From: a virus
Taxonomy: Duplodnaviria; Caudoviricetes
Reading direction: 5' to 3' (one strand)
IMG/VR virus record: IMGVR_UViG_3300049052_000082
Coordinates: 1 to 42,758 of that record
Length of the DNA stretch: 42,758 nucleotides
Shown: in pieces, positions 1 to 8,176 of the stretch
How positions within the stretch are numbered: the stretch's first letter is position 1
Layout of the letters: the number at the start of each line of letters is the position of its first letter
The notes under the pieces: generated by a model
What the model was told of the DNA's origin: nothing
Seen by the model: only the letters and a program-made list of their open reading frames with translations
The model's database searches: none
Program-made: the position numbers and the translations under genes

Positions 1-162
1 CGTCAGACCAAATCGGGAAAGCTGGAAGGGCTCCATCGTTCTGTCGTTGTGCCAGAACTTGTGCTGAGTAGGCATCACGCTCAACGGCGCAGACGGTGCG
101 CCAGCCGAGGAGGTGGCCTCCGAGTATTCCGCCACCAGAGCCTGCGAAAAGAGCCAGCTCAT
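1..162 (-). CDS. Alternative-frame ORF overlapping the C5-MTase (possible second subunit), partial
   Basis: ATG at 162 within ATGAATGAGC, 8 nt from the same SD; 54 open codons (MSWLFSQALVAEYSEATS...) to the window edge. Confidence 0.45.
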   Translation of the reverse strand, partial: MSWLFSQALVAEYSEATSSAGAPSAPLSVMPTQHKFWHNDRTMEPFQLSRFGLT

Positions 163-166
163 TCAT
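1..166 (-). CDS. DNA (cytosine-5) methyltransferase, 5' part (runs off window)
   Basis: Not in ORF track. Manual translation from ATG 166: MNELALFAGSGGGILGGHLLGWRTVCAVERDAYSAQVLAQRQNDGALPAFPIWSD, containing C5-MTase motif I (LFAGxGG) and motif II (AVE). SD GGAGG at 171-175. Confidence 0.88.
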   Translation of the reverse strand, partial: MNELALFAGSGGGILGGHLLGWRTVCAVERDAYSAQVLAQRQNDGALPAFPIWSD

Positions 167-251
167 TGATCCTCCGTGCAGCCACCGGCCTCGCCGGTTG
201 GCGTGATTCGAGTTTGTGGGCTATTGGTTGATGGCCCGGCATGAGGCCGGA

Positions 252-1349
252 TCAGGCTGCTGGCGCGGAATCGTGAAACACGTCCATCTGCGCCGCGCCG
301 TCGAGCCAGGCTGCCGCGATACGGCGTTCAGCCATGGCGGCATACTCTGGGTTGAGCTCACAGAGGATCGACTTGCGACCCTCCTGCATGGCGACCACCG
401 CTGTGGTACCGGCACCGCCGAACGGGTCAAGCACCACGCCGCCGCGCGGGGCCCCGGCCAGAATACAAGGCCGGATCAGATCCGGCGGGAAGGTGGCGAA
501 GTGGGCGCCTTTGAAGCTGTGCGTCGGTACCGTCCACACGGTTCGCTTGTTTCGCTCGCTGGGCATCACGGCCAATGCCGAATCCATCGACTCGTTGTCT
601 TTGATCCGCCCTCGGCATCGATCCTTTTTATCCGTGCCATGGCCCCAGCCAACTCCGTTCGGCTTCCTGGCGACAGCCTTCATGTTGCCGTTGGTCTTCG
701 CCCCGCCATTGGCCCGGTCGCTGCCGATTTGCGTGAGTACGTCTTGCGAGAGTCTGTTGTGGGTGTTCGGCGAACATGGCTCAAGGATTGCCGACTGGTC
801 GTAGAAGTACTTCGGCGACTTGCTCAGAAGGAAGATGTATTCGTGGGCCTTGGTGCATCGGTCGCGCACGCTCTCGGGCATCGGGTTCGGCTTATGCCAG
901 ATGATGTCCTGCCGCAGATACCATCCGTCATCCTGGAGGGCGAAGGCGAGCCGCCACGGCATACCCATCAAGTCTTTTTGCTTGAATCCTTCATGAGGCT
1001 GTCGTCGATGCCCGCGGCGTACGGCGCCTCTGGTGGATTTGGACACGATGTCGTGCTTGCCTGCCGACCCATCCGGCGCATACCCGCCAGCGATGGATGC
1101 GTAACTGTCACCCATGTTCACCCAGGCGGTACCGTCGTCACGGAGTACTCGGCGCACTTCCCGGAACACTTCGACCAGGCGGGCGATGAACTCGGCCGGC
1201 GTTTCTTCCAGGCCAATTTGGCCGTCGACCCCGTAGTCCCGCAGCCCATAGTAAGGCGGGCTGGTCACGCAGCACTGCACTGACTGGTCCGGCAAGGTCC
1301 GCATCATGTCGATGCAGTCGCCGACCAGTATCTGGTGGGAGGGAGTCAT
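252..1349 (-). CDS. DNA N4-cytosine/N6-adenine methyltransferase, beta class
   Basis: Catalytic TSPPY near the N-terminus, SAM-binding VLDPFGGAGTT near the C-terminus, plus IIWHKPNPMPES and HFATFP. Confidence 0.93.
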   Translation of the reverse strand: MTPSHQILVGDCIDMMRTLPDQSVQCCVTSPPYYGLRDYGVDGQIGLEETPAEFIARLVEVFREVRRVLRDDGTAWVNMGDSYASIAGGYAPDGSAGKHDIVSKSTRGAVRRGHRRQPHEGFKQKDLMGMPWRLAFALQDDGWYLRQDIIWHKPNPMPESVRDRCTKAHEYIFLLSKSPKYFYDQSAILEPCSPNTHNRLSQDVLTQIGSDRANGGAKTNGNMKAVARKPNGVGWGHGTDKKDRCRGRIKDNESMDSALAVMPSERNKRTVWTVPTHSFKGAHFATFPPDLIRPCILAGAPRGGVVLDPFGGAGTTAVVAMQEGRKSILCELNPEYAAMAERRIAAAWLDGAAQMDVFHDSAPAA

Positions 1350-1407
1350 AGTTGATTTCCAGTCAGGCGCCAGGCTCCATATCTGGATGCGCAGCGTGGG
1401 ATAGGGG

Positions 1408-1719
1408 TTATTCGTCGTGACAGATGCGGAGGGCTTCGCGCTGATACGCCAGGGTCAATTTTGCCGACACGTTTTCAGGGATCATGTATTCGTGTCGCGG
1501 CGCCGAAAGGAACTGCGCAGATCCAGCCGGGCCCAGGCCATGCAGATGGTGAATCATCAGCGTCATGGCCTCGCCCTGTTCCTCAATACCGTTCCAGGCC
1601 ATCAGGTCGGCCAGGGCCTGGCGGGTGCCGGCCAGCGTGTGCAGCCGCAACTCCTCTTCGCCGCGGCTCTTTCGCTTCGCCGCGGTCTTTGCTGACCGGT
1701 CTTTCTGAGCTGCAGCCAT
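1408..1719 (-). CDS. Phage hypothetical protein
   Basis: 103 aa ORF collinear with the pL operon. Confidence 0.7.
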   Translation of the reverse strand: MAAAQKDRSAKTAAKRKSRGEEELRLHTLAGTRQALADLMAWNGIEEQGEAMTLMIHHLHGLGPAGSAQFLSAPRHEYMIPENVSAKLTLAYQREALRICHDE

Positions 1720-1794
1720 GGCAGATCTCCGTTATTCCACTGGCCGGCAGTGCCAGCCATGTCTGTCGTTTGCGTTGTTGGGTGCGGAAACGTC

Positions 1795-2256
1795 TCACGC
1801 TGCTTCCTTGATTTGGCCCCAGGCGCCTACGGCATCCAGTAGCGCAGACAATCGCGCCTCGGGCACCGGCGTGTCACCGGGCACGGCCAGCCAGCCCATG
1901 CCAATCCGGTGGTTCGGGTTGCAGTCAGCCTTCACCTCTTCGTAGAAGTGCTCAAGGACATCCGAAAGCCGCTCCACCAGGTGGACGCCATCCGGTCTGA
2001 TGTCGATTGACTTGATGTACTGGGCGCCGTCCTGGCGGACGCAGATGCCGGCGATGTAGATCGTCCAGCGGTGCGCGACATCGCAGAGGGCGTCGGAAAC
2101 TGGCCTTGAAAGGATCTGCTTGCCGTTCTTCCAGTTGATCATCACCTGCAAGCCGCTTGGGTCGATATTGATCACGGCGGCGTGGTTGGTGTTGACCAGG
2201 GCCCGCATGCTGCGCTCGATTTGGACTCGCCGATTGCACGGCTTGCGCTTGCTCAT
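1795..2256 (-). CDS. Phage hypothetical protein
   Basis: 153 aa; 4-nt overlap with the upstream gene. Confidence 0.75.
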   Translation of the reverse strand: MSKRKPCNRRVQIERSMRALVNTNHAAVINIDPSGLQVMINWKNGKQILSRPVSDALCDVAHRWTIYIAGICVRQDGAQYIKSIDIRPDGVHLVERLSDVLEHFYEEVKADCNPNHRIGMGWLAVPGDTPVPEARLSALLDAVGAWGQIKEAA

Positions 2257-2495
2257 AGCGAATCCGCCATCTTGCGTAGGGCGCGGCGCTCGGCCAGGGA
2301 CAGAGGCCGGGGTTTGCGCTTGAGGACCGTTTCAGGGTCTATCCGGGTCGAGCGGGGCGGCGGGATAGGATTGCGTGGCGGGCTTGGCAGTTCGTTGACC
2401 TGGCCGCCGGCCGCCAGGAACTGGGCGATCCGCTCGGAAATGGAATCTGCCAGTGGCCGATGATGCTCGACCAGGCTTAGGTGGTTGCTGATCAT
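2253..2495 (-). CDS. Phage hypothetical protein (IAQFLAAGG motif)
   Basis: Start reassigned to ATG 2495 (ATGA overlap with the HNH stop); 80 aa MISNHLSLVE... Confidence 0.75.
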   Translation of the reverse strand: MISNHLSLVEHHRPLADSISERIAQFLAAGGQVNELPSPPRNPIPPPRSTRIDPETVLKRKPRPLSLAERRALRKMADSL

Positions 2496-3187
2496 GCTGC
2501 TTTGCTCCTCAGCTTCTGCTCGTAGTCGTCCACCAGCAGCTTGAACTGACCTTCTGAGGTAATTCCATACTTCGAAATTGCTTTCATGACGTCTCCCTTG
2601 AGGTTGCCGAGCTGCTTGCGCAATGCGTGGTACGAAATACCAGATATTTCTGATAACTCTAGAGATGTGTATGGTTTGCCCTGGAACATATAACGGCGGC
2701 TGTTGCGCCGATTGTTCTGCTGCTCTTGGACCGTTGACCACTTGCAGTTGTCAGGCTCATACCCAAGCGAATTATCCTTGCGATCTAGAGTCGAGCCCTC
2801 AGGTCTCGGACCCATGTCGGCGAAGAAGTTTTCGAAAGACAGCCAGCGCTGACAGACTGTTATTCCTCGTCCGCCGTAGTCCGGATAGCTTTTTGCTTTC
2901 GGATTGGTGCAGCGTTCAATCATTGTTGACCAGGACTTGTTTTCTCTGGTGCCGTACATGCCGTGGCGCTTACCTATTCCCTCGGCCATCCTTTCAGTCT
3001 TTAAGCACCCGCATGACTTCGTCTTGCCTGACCTCAAGTTAACGCCACGGATCTCAACGGTAGCCCCGCAGTCGCACAGACAAACCCATGCCTTGCGACT
3101 GTCACTGGCTTGGCTGTATGAAAGTATTCGGAGTCGACCTACGCGGGCCCCTGTTAAGTCTATCTTTGGCTTGCTGAGCGGATGCAT
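2492..3187 (-). CDS. Free-standing HNH-type homing endonuclease
   Basis: DLTG..GRL, WxCxCDCG, KSCGC, YGGRGITVC..W and LDRKDN..GYEPDNCKW...QQNN motifs typical of phage HNH-like endonucleases. Confidence 0.85.
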   Translation of the reverse strand: MHPLSKPKIDLTGARVGRLRILSYSQASDSRKAWVCLCDCGATVEIRGVNLRSGKTKSCGCLKTERMAEGIGKRHGMYGTRENKSWSTMIERCTNPKAKSYPDYGGRGITVCQRWLSFENFFADMGPRPEGSTLDRKDNSLGYEPDNCKWSTVQEQQNNRRNSRRYMFQGKPYTSLELSEISGISYHALRKQLGNLKGDVMKAISKYGITSEGQFKLLVDDYEQKLRSKAA

Positions 3188-3202
3188 AGGTACGACCTCC
3201 CA

Positions 3203-3844
3203 TCACGCCGCCTTTTTCATCAAGCGGACAACCATGTCATCTACACCGCGAAGGAAGTCGACCAGCTCGGCCTCGTACTCGGCTATTACCTTTTCATCAC
3301 GTTCAACACGATGGATGAATAGCTGCAAGTGCTCAGGCATGCGCGGGTCAAACGAAACAAAGTCAGCGAACTCGGCATCCGACGCCCACATGTTGTGAAT
3401 TATCTGTGGGGCATGCTCGGGGGGTAGGCGATCAGCTTCAAGGTAACCAAGGTGCGTGGCGCTCTTCGGGCACTTGGCTTCCCATACGCCCTTTCGACCA
3501 CCGTCCTGAATGAATCCGTCCACGCTGCAACCGGCCATGAAGTCGGTCAGGCAAATGAATCCGCATTCCTTAACGATGAGGCCGGTCCGTTCCTCGTATG
3601 CCATTCGAGCGAAAGGCTCTTGTTCGGTCCCCCACATCATTTCCTTGCTGACAAAAAAATCGTCAGCGGGCATGCCGGTCAAGCGCTCAAGGCCAAGCTG
3701 AATCCTGTAGTCGCGGCGCGCTGCGGCTTCGCCCGTTTTTATCGTCGCGACGATATCTTTCGCCCGCGACCCTGTAGCGCGACCCGCACGGTCCTGCTTC
3801 CACTCAAGAGTTCCTTGAGGGTGAATTGAGATAGTTGATTTCAT
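3203..3844 (-). CDS. YqaJ/lambda-type exonuclease
   Basis: QGTLEW...R.G..TGS, G...EP.AR, SVDG (PD-like), EAKCP and Q motif of the lambda exonuclease family. Confidence 0.9.
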   Translation of the reverse strand: MKSTISIHPQGTLEWKQDRAGRATGSRAKDIVATIKTGEAAARRDYRIQLGLERLTGMPADDFFVSKEMMWGTEQEPFARMAYEERTGLIVKECGFICLTDFMAGCSVDGFIQDGGRKGVWEAKCPKSATHLGYLEADRLPPEHAPQIIHNMWASDAEFADFVSFDPRMPEHLQLFIHRVERDEKVIAEYEAELVDFLRGVDDMVVRLMKKAA

Positions 3845-4755
3845 TGGGATGTCTCCTCGAATTCGACTTCTTCTTCAATAGCAGGATCGGCCTGCTGATC
3901 TTCGGCAGCGGGATCTTCCGACTTAGCCTGCTCGGCACTTTTCAGCTTTTCGCCGCAAGCGACGACGCATTCCTTGAACAGGTCGTAGGACGTTTTGTCC
4001 TTGGTGTCGTTGATGGCGGCAATGCCAGCCTTCCAGACGCCGGTTAAAGCCTCCTGCGTAGACGCCGCTTCCGCCTGGGCTATCCAATGAGCCGACAGCG
4101 CCGGATCGTGCGGTACAGGGGCTGGCTTATGGCTCGTAGCCTGGGCCTGCTCCTGCGGTCGCAGCTCTTCGGGAAGGTCTTCAATGTCCTGCGTGAAGAT
4201 GTCCGAGGCGGCGGTGACGTTTAGCGTCATGGCGATCATGGCGCGCTTGCAGGCCATCTTCAGGATGGTGTTTGCCAAGTCCGCCGGCTCGGTGCGGATC
4301 TGGTCGGCGGTGTTGCCGTTCTTGTAGTACTTCTTCCGGCGCAGGTTCTCCGGGGTGGCGTCCAGTTCAGCTTTGCAGATGACGCCGCGCCACTTGTATT
4401 TCTCTTCGCTCGACGAGCACTCGCCAACGCCTTCGCCAAGAGCCACACCGGTCATCTGGTGGCGACCAACACAAGTGACCCGGTAGCGAGCCACGCCAGG
4501 CGCGGAAAGGTCTTCGATTCGGTATTCCTGCGCGACTCGGAAGGTCACGCAGAGTACTTCGGCGCCTGGCTTGTACAGAGTCGGTTTCTGCGTGCCAGGA
4601 ATGGTTCCGTAGTGCGTCTCGCGCTTCATGATGCCCTGCATCACTTCCTGCACCAGGTTCACTCGCTGGCGAATCTCGACAGCCGAGAAGCGGTGAACCT
4701 CGGCAGCGGTAAGGCCAGAGGCCTCGCGAGCCGGCATTTGGATAATCTCGTTCAT
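3841..4755 (-). CDS. Putative single-strand annealing (recombination) protein
   Basis: Coupled to the exonuclease; HYGTIPG..KPTLYKPGAE and NTILKMACKRA...FTQDIED motifs; acidic tail. Confidence 0.65.
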   Translation of the reverse strand: MNEIIQMPAREASGLTAAEVHRFSAVEIRQRVNLVQEVMQGIMKRETHYGTIPGTQKPTLYKPGAEVLCVTFRVAQEYRIEDLSAPGVARYRVTCVGRHQMTGVALGEGVGECSSSEEKYKWRGVICKAELDATPENLRRKKYYKNGNTADQIRTEPADLANTILKMACKRAMIAMTLNVTAASDIFTQDIEDLPEELRPQEQAQATSHKPAPVPHDPALSAHWIAQAEAASTQEALTGVWKAGIAAINDTKDKTSYDLFKECVVACGEKLKSAEQAKSEDPAAEDQQADPAIEEEVEFEETSQ

Positions 4756-4762
4756 GGCGACC

Positions 4763-5923
4763 TCAATAAGTGATGGAAACTGCTGGGATCTGACGCTTGG
4801 CGATCAGCGTTACTGCCTGCTTGGCGCATTCCTCAGGCATACCGCCGGCGATGAAGGCGTCCAGGGCCGCGCGATTGATCCTGGCCTTGTGCGCCTTGTC
4901 GGCCTCCCGAAGCTTCTCTTGGCGAATGATTTCGTCCGCCGCGGCTTTCTGGCGGGCGACTTCGGCTGCTCGGGCATCTTCTGCTGCCTTCGCCGCGCGC
5001 TGGTCGGCGGCGATGCGTTCCTGCTCGGCGCGTTGCTCTGCCGCAATACGGTTGGCTTCGGCCTGCTCAGCTGCTCGCTGGGCTTGCTCGGCCTGCAACT
5101 GGAGCTGGAGACGCTGGCGTTCGGATGCATCCTCGGCATCACGGGCGGCTTGCTCAGCGGCGAGTTGGACGGCTGCGGCTTGGTCACGCAGCTCCTGCTC
5201 GCGGCGTGCCGCTGCATCGCGCTCGGCCTGAGCCCGTTGCTCGGCTTGGAGCCTCGCCTGCTCAGCAGCTACCCGGGCAATCTCTGCATCCCGGTCGCGC
5301 TGGGCCTGGGCCTCTGCCTCGGCACGCAGGCGGACCAACTCGGCCTGCTCGGCTTCGTACTGCTCGCGCTTTTCCAGTGCCGCCCGAAGCGCGGCCAGCG
5401 TGCCCGCCTTCAATCGAAGCGCCTCGGCTTCGTACTCGCCCAACCACTCGCCATCGATCACGATACCCTCGAAGGCTCCGATGCTGATCTTCAAGTATTC
5501 GGAGTCAGCGGCGCTGATGATCTGCGGGTCCAGGCGCAATTCTGCAACCCAGGCTTCAATCTCCAGTTTCTTGGCGGCCTCTGCCTCTTCCCAATCAGTC
5601 AGCGGCTTGCGGATCTCATCACGCAGAGCATCCGCCTCACGCACGAACTCGCGCAGCTCCGCCTCGATGATTTTTGGTAGCTCCTTGATGCTGCGCAGGT
5701 ACTCGCGGCCAGGCTTCTCGACAGCGACCTTCCGCTTGCTGACCGTGGCCGCCAAACTTGCGATGCGCTCACGACCCTTGCGGGTGGATAGATCCGGGAC
5801 CTCTCCGCAAACCTCGTCCTTGATCATCTGAATGAATGGCTTGAGGCCGTTTTGAACGTAAATCGCTGGAGCGTTCTCGTCGCTGATGTGGTCAATGGTG
5901 ATGACTTGCTGTTGTGCGGACAC
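4763..5923 (-). CDS. Phage coiled-coil, Ala/Glu/Arg-rich protein
   Basis: Probable GTG start at 5923 with AAGGA upstream; long helical low-complexity C-terminal half. Confidence 0.8.
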   Translation of the reverse strand: MSAQQQVITIDHISDENAPAIYVQNGLKPFIQMIKDEVCGEVPDLSTRKGRERIASLAATVSKRKVAVEKPGREYLRSIKELPKIIEAELREFVREADALRDEIRKPLTDWEEAEAAKKLEIEAWVAELRLDPQIISAADSEYLKISIGAFEGIVIDGEWLGEYEAEALRLKAGTLAALRAALEKREQYEAEQAELVRLRAEAEAQAQRDRDAEIARVAAEQARLQAEQRAQAERDAAARREQELRDQAAAVQLAAEQAARDAEDASERQRLQLQLQAEQAQRAAEQAEANRIAAEQRAEQERIAADQRAAKAAEDARAAEVARQKAAADEIIRQEKLREADKAHKARINRAALDAFIAGGMPEECAKQAVTLIAKRQIPAVSITY

Positions 5924-5966
5924 GGGGATTCCTTGCCGCGACGTGCGCAGCGCTTGAAGGTGTGAG

Positions 5967-6083
5967 TTAGGAGGTGATGCGATCGGCGAGGGCGCCAAGC
6001 AACATCAGGAAAGTGCAGAAGGTGATGGCCGAGAACGACCCGCGCCAGATAAGGAAGCGCCTGGCTCGCTGACGGGCAGTCAC
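5967..6083 (-). CDS. Small membrane peptide (38 aa)
   Basis: Manual: MTARQRARRFLIWRGSFSAITFCTFLMLLGALADRITS; GTGA overlap with the upstream ORF. Confidence 0.55.
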   Translation of the reverse strand: MTARQRARRFLIWRGSFSAITFCTFLMLLGALADRITS

Positions 6084-6199
6084 CGAAGCACCTGCGAAAG
6101 CTGAGGCGGCTGGCATACCCCGCGCCACTCTTGCTGGGTCATGTGGTCGAGCATCATCAGGAGAACGGCGGTGCCGAGGATCCAGTACATGGCTTTCAT
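6080..6199 (-). CDS. Small membrane peptide (39 aa)
   Basis: Manual: MKAMYWILGTAVLLMMLDHMTQQEWRGVCQPPQLSQVLR; ATGA overlap. Confidence 0.55.
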   Translation of the reverse strand: MKAMYWILGTAVLLMMLDHMTQQEWRGVCQPPQLSQVLR

Positions 6200-6390
6200 T
6201 GTCTGGCCCTCACCGCGATGCGTCCGCCCTTCATCGTCACCGACAGAGGCACGTTCAGATCCTTCACCAGATCCTCGCGCTTGCGGCCAATTACCTCATT
6301 GAACGGCAGGCCGAAGCCGAGGATGGCGATGCGGCGTTCCAGGTCGTCCATCTGTTCGTCGATCAGGGATTTCACGATTGGGGTGGACAT
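6196..6390 (-). CDS. Phage hypothetical protein
   Basis: 64 aa with AGGAG SD. Confidence 0.7.
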   Translation of the reverse strand: MSTPIVKSLIDEQMDDLERRIAILGFGLPFNEVIGRKREDLVKDLNVPLSVTMKGGRIAVRARQ

Positions 6391-6584
6391 GACGACTCCT
6401 TGCGCCGGTCAACGATCTTGTTGAGGCGCCCGCAGTAGTGGTTGAATTCTTCGATGGTGATGCGGTTGTCGAGCATCATTTCGTTGATTGTTTTCTGGAT
6501 CATCACCGACCAACAGGCCGGCGTTTCTGGATCCTCAAGGGTTTCCAGTTCCTCGCCGATGAGGACGTGCGCGCTCATGGTCAT
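6372..6584 (-). CDS. Phage hypothetical protein
   Basis: 70 aa, coupled to its neighbours. Confidence 0.65.
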   Translation of the reverse strand: MTMSAHVLIGEELETLEDPETPACWSVMIQKTINEMMLDNRITIEEFNHYCGRLNKIVDRRKESSCPPQS

Positions 6585-7009
6585 AGCTCCGCATCCTCTG
6601 CTTGAGCGATCAGAGCGTCATCGGCCAAGGGCTCAAGTAGGGCCTGGGCGATTTCGCCGAGCTTGCCGAAGGGGTGGTCGCTGGGGCCGAGGAGTTCGGC
6701 TACTGCGTTCTTGTCGATGCGCCCGGTACTGGCCGAGATAATCAGCCATCCAAGTGCCGACGGATTGACCTCGCAGTCCGCAAGCCGGCCATTCAAATAC
6801 TCATCAACCGCCAGCGCGAATTGCTGTTGCGTAACCCCTTGGGGCTTGCGCATCCGGCGCCGGAAGGAAACGATCGACCCGAACTGAACAAGCTGCTCAA
6901 CCGCGTTGTACAGCCACTCTGCCCGAGCAACCTCCCGAGGGCTCTCGCTCACCATCGGAGGCAACTGGCCGTCGTGCATGGCCTGACAAATCTTCAAAGC
7001 TGCGTTCAT
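6581..7009 (-). CDS. Phage hypothetical protein
   Basis: 142 aa with GGAGG SD. Confidence 0.75.
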   Translation of the reverse strand: MNAALKICQAMHDGQLPPMVSESPREVARAEWLYNAVEQLVQFGSIVSFRRRMRKPQGVTQQQFALAVDEYLNGRLADCEVNPSALGWLIISASTGRIDKNAVAELLGPSDHPFGKLGEIAQALLEPLADDALIAQAEDAEL

Positions 7010-7027
7010 GGTTGCCTCCAGGCTTGG

Positions 7028-7210
7028 TTATTTGGTTGGCGGGGCGGGGAGCGGTTGCCAGTGGGTTACTGGGTACTGGCCGCCGAAGCGCTCTTGGTGG
7101 TAGTCGTAATTTATTGTTGCGACTTCGTTACCCTTGGGCGCTGACGGCCTATAGGTCAGGACGTATCCACAAAGTGGCAGCCTGTCGCCGACCTTGATCC
7201 AATCGCTCAT
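7028..7210 (-). CDS. DUF551-like phage protein
   Basis: MSDWIKVGDRLP ... VTHWQPLPAPP signature. Confidence 0.85.
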   Translation of the reverse strand: MSDWIKVGDRLPLCGYVLTYRPSAPKGNEVATINYDYHQERFGGQYPVTHWQPLPAPPTK

Positions 7211-7238
7211 GGCGACCTCCAGTGTTTGGGGTTAGGCG

Positions 7239-7403
7239 TTACCGGAAATTCCACATGATCCGACCGGGCGAGAACTCGTAGAGCCGGAAGCGGCCATCGG
7301 GGTTGTTGCGGTGGTACTCGTTCTTGCTGATCCGCAATCTCAGGCGGTAGGTCACCTGTACATGCCACATCCCGAATCGGACGTTCAAAATCAAGTCGCT
7401 CAT
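7239..7403 (-). CDS. Small hypothetical protein (54 aa)
   Basis: Manual: MSDLILNVRFGMWHVQVTYRLRLRISKNEYHRNNPDGRFRLYEFSPGRIMWNFR; GGAGAG SD; not in ORF track. Confidence 0.6.
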   Translation of the reverse strand: MSDLILNVRFGMWHVQVTYRLRLRISKNEYHRNNPDGRFRLYEFSPGRIMWNFR

Positions 7404-7430
7404 GACTCTCTCCATCTGGTTGATCCAACA

Positions 7431-7810
7431 AATCCCGGCTGCACACGATCCTTCCGCTGGTTGCCGTTGGGCGCGGTGTCATGTGCATGCGGGATTGGTC
7501 GGGGGAGGGTGGGTGCCGGTCTTTCCCGGCTGTCACGGCGCTTGTGCCAGATCAAGGTAGCTCGCCAATACCAGGTTGGCGCTGACCCTGCGCAATGCGG
7601 GTTGAGCTATTCGCCGAGTGATGCAGGTGGGCGGTTATAGGCCGCAGTTTCGTCCGCATTGGTAGAACACCTTGTCTTGCCCGCAGCCCCAGGTACTCGC
7701 CGGTTTCGCAGCCGAAGCTTGTGTATCCGCTTAGGTCAAGGTGTTCTCCGATGCGGCCTGGTGCTGGGGAGTACCAGGGCCTCGGGCAGTTAACGACAGG
7801 CTGTCGTGGC
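7431..7810 (-). ncRNA. Structured non-coding block in the pL transcript (processing hairpins or small RNAs)
   Basis: Inverted repeats 7431-7445/7482-7496, 7558-7563/7604-7609 (with inner stems), 7654-7674/7737-7756, 7757-7778 and 7793-7807; no credible ORF. Confidence 0.5.
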
Positions 7811-7823
7811 GCTGGTTGTTGGG

Positions 7824-7934
7824 TTATGCGGCAGATTCCAGCTCAGCAATCCTCGCTAGAAGCCTTGCAACTTCAGCTTCGAGCTTGGCAATGGTGGAAT
7901 AAGCCATCTTTTCACGCTGGGTGAGCTTTTGCAT
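7824..7934 (-). CDS. Small coiled-coil peptide (36 aa)
   Basis: Manual: MQKLTQREKMAYSTIAKLEAEVARLLARIAELESAA; AGGAG SD. Confidence 0.6.
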   Translation of the reverse strand: MQKLTQREKMAYSTIAKLEAEVARLLARIAELESAA

Positions 7935-7948
7935 TTAGGGTCTCCTGT

Positions 7949-8176
7949 TCAGCTGCGCGCATCCCAAAGCACGGCCATTTGCTCATGGGTCGCTGCTGTG
8001 GGTCCGGTCGCTCCGCATGTGTCGCAGAGCAGTGATATGGGTGTTTTCGTGCCGTCGTCAGCCACGTGCGTTATTTGGCTGAGATTTACGCCTCTACACC
8101 AGGGGCAAGGCAGCCTGCCGGTCACGCTGAACATCTGCATCTGCTGGTCGACTTCTAGGGGAATCAACTCGCTCAT
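7949..8176 (-). CDS. Lar-like restriction-alleviation zinc-ribbon protein
   Basis: LPCPWC...CDTCGATGP...W pattern of the Lar family. Confidence 0.7.
   Translation of the reverse strand: MSELIPLEVDQQMQMFSVTGRLPCPWCRGVNLSQITHVADDGTKTPISLLCDTCGATGPTAATHEQMAVLWDARS

Noticed and set aside
216-1283. 355-aa plus-strand ORF
   Set aside because: Antisense shadow of the methyltransferase; no motifs
4754-5680. 308-aa Leu/Gly-rich plus-strand ORF
   Set aside because: Antisense of the coiled-coil gene; its composition mirrors that gene's codon bias
7207-7536. 109-aa minus-strand ORF
   Set aside because: Starts within hairpins without an SD; the 7239-7403 frame has a better SD
7620-7795. Hammerhead-like GGACGAAAC on the minus strand
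   Set aside because: No CUGANGA core (CTGCCCGA instead); not called a ribozyme
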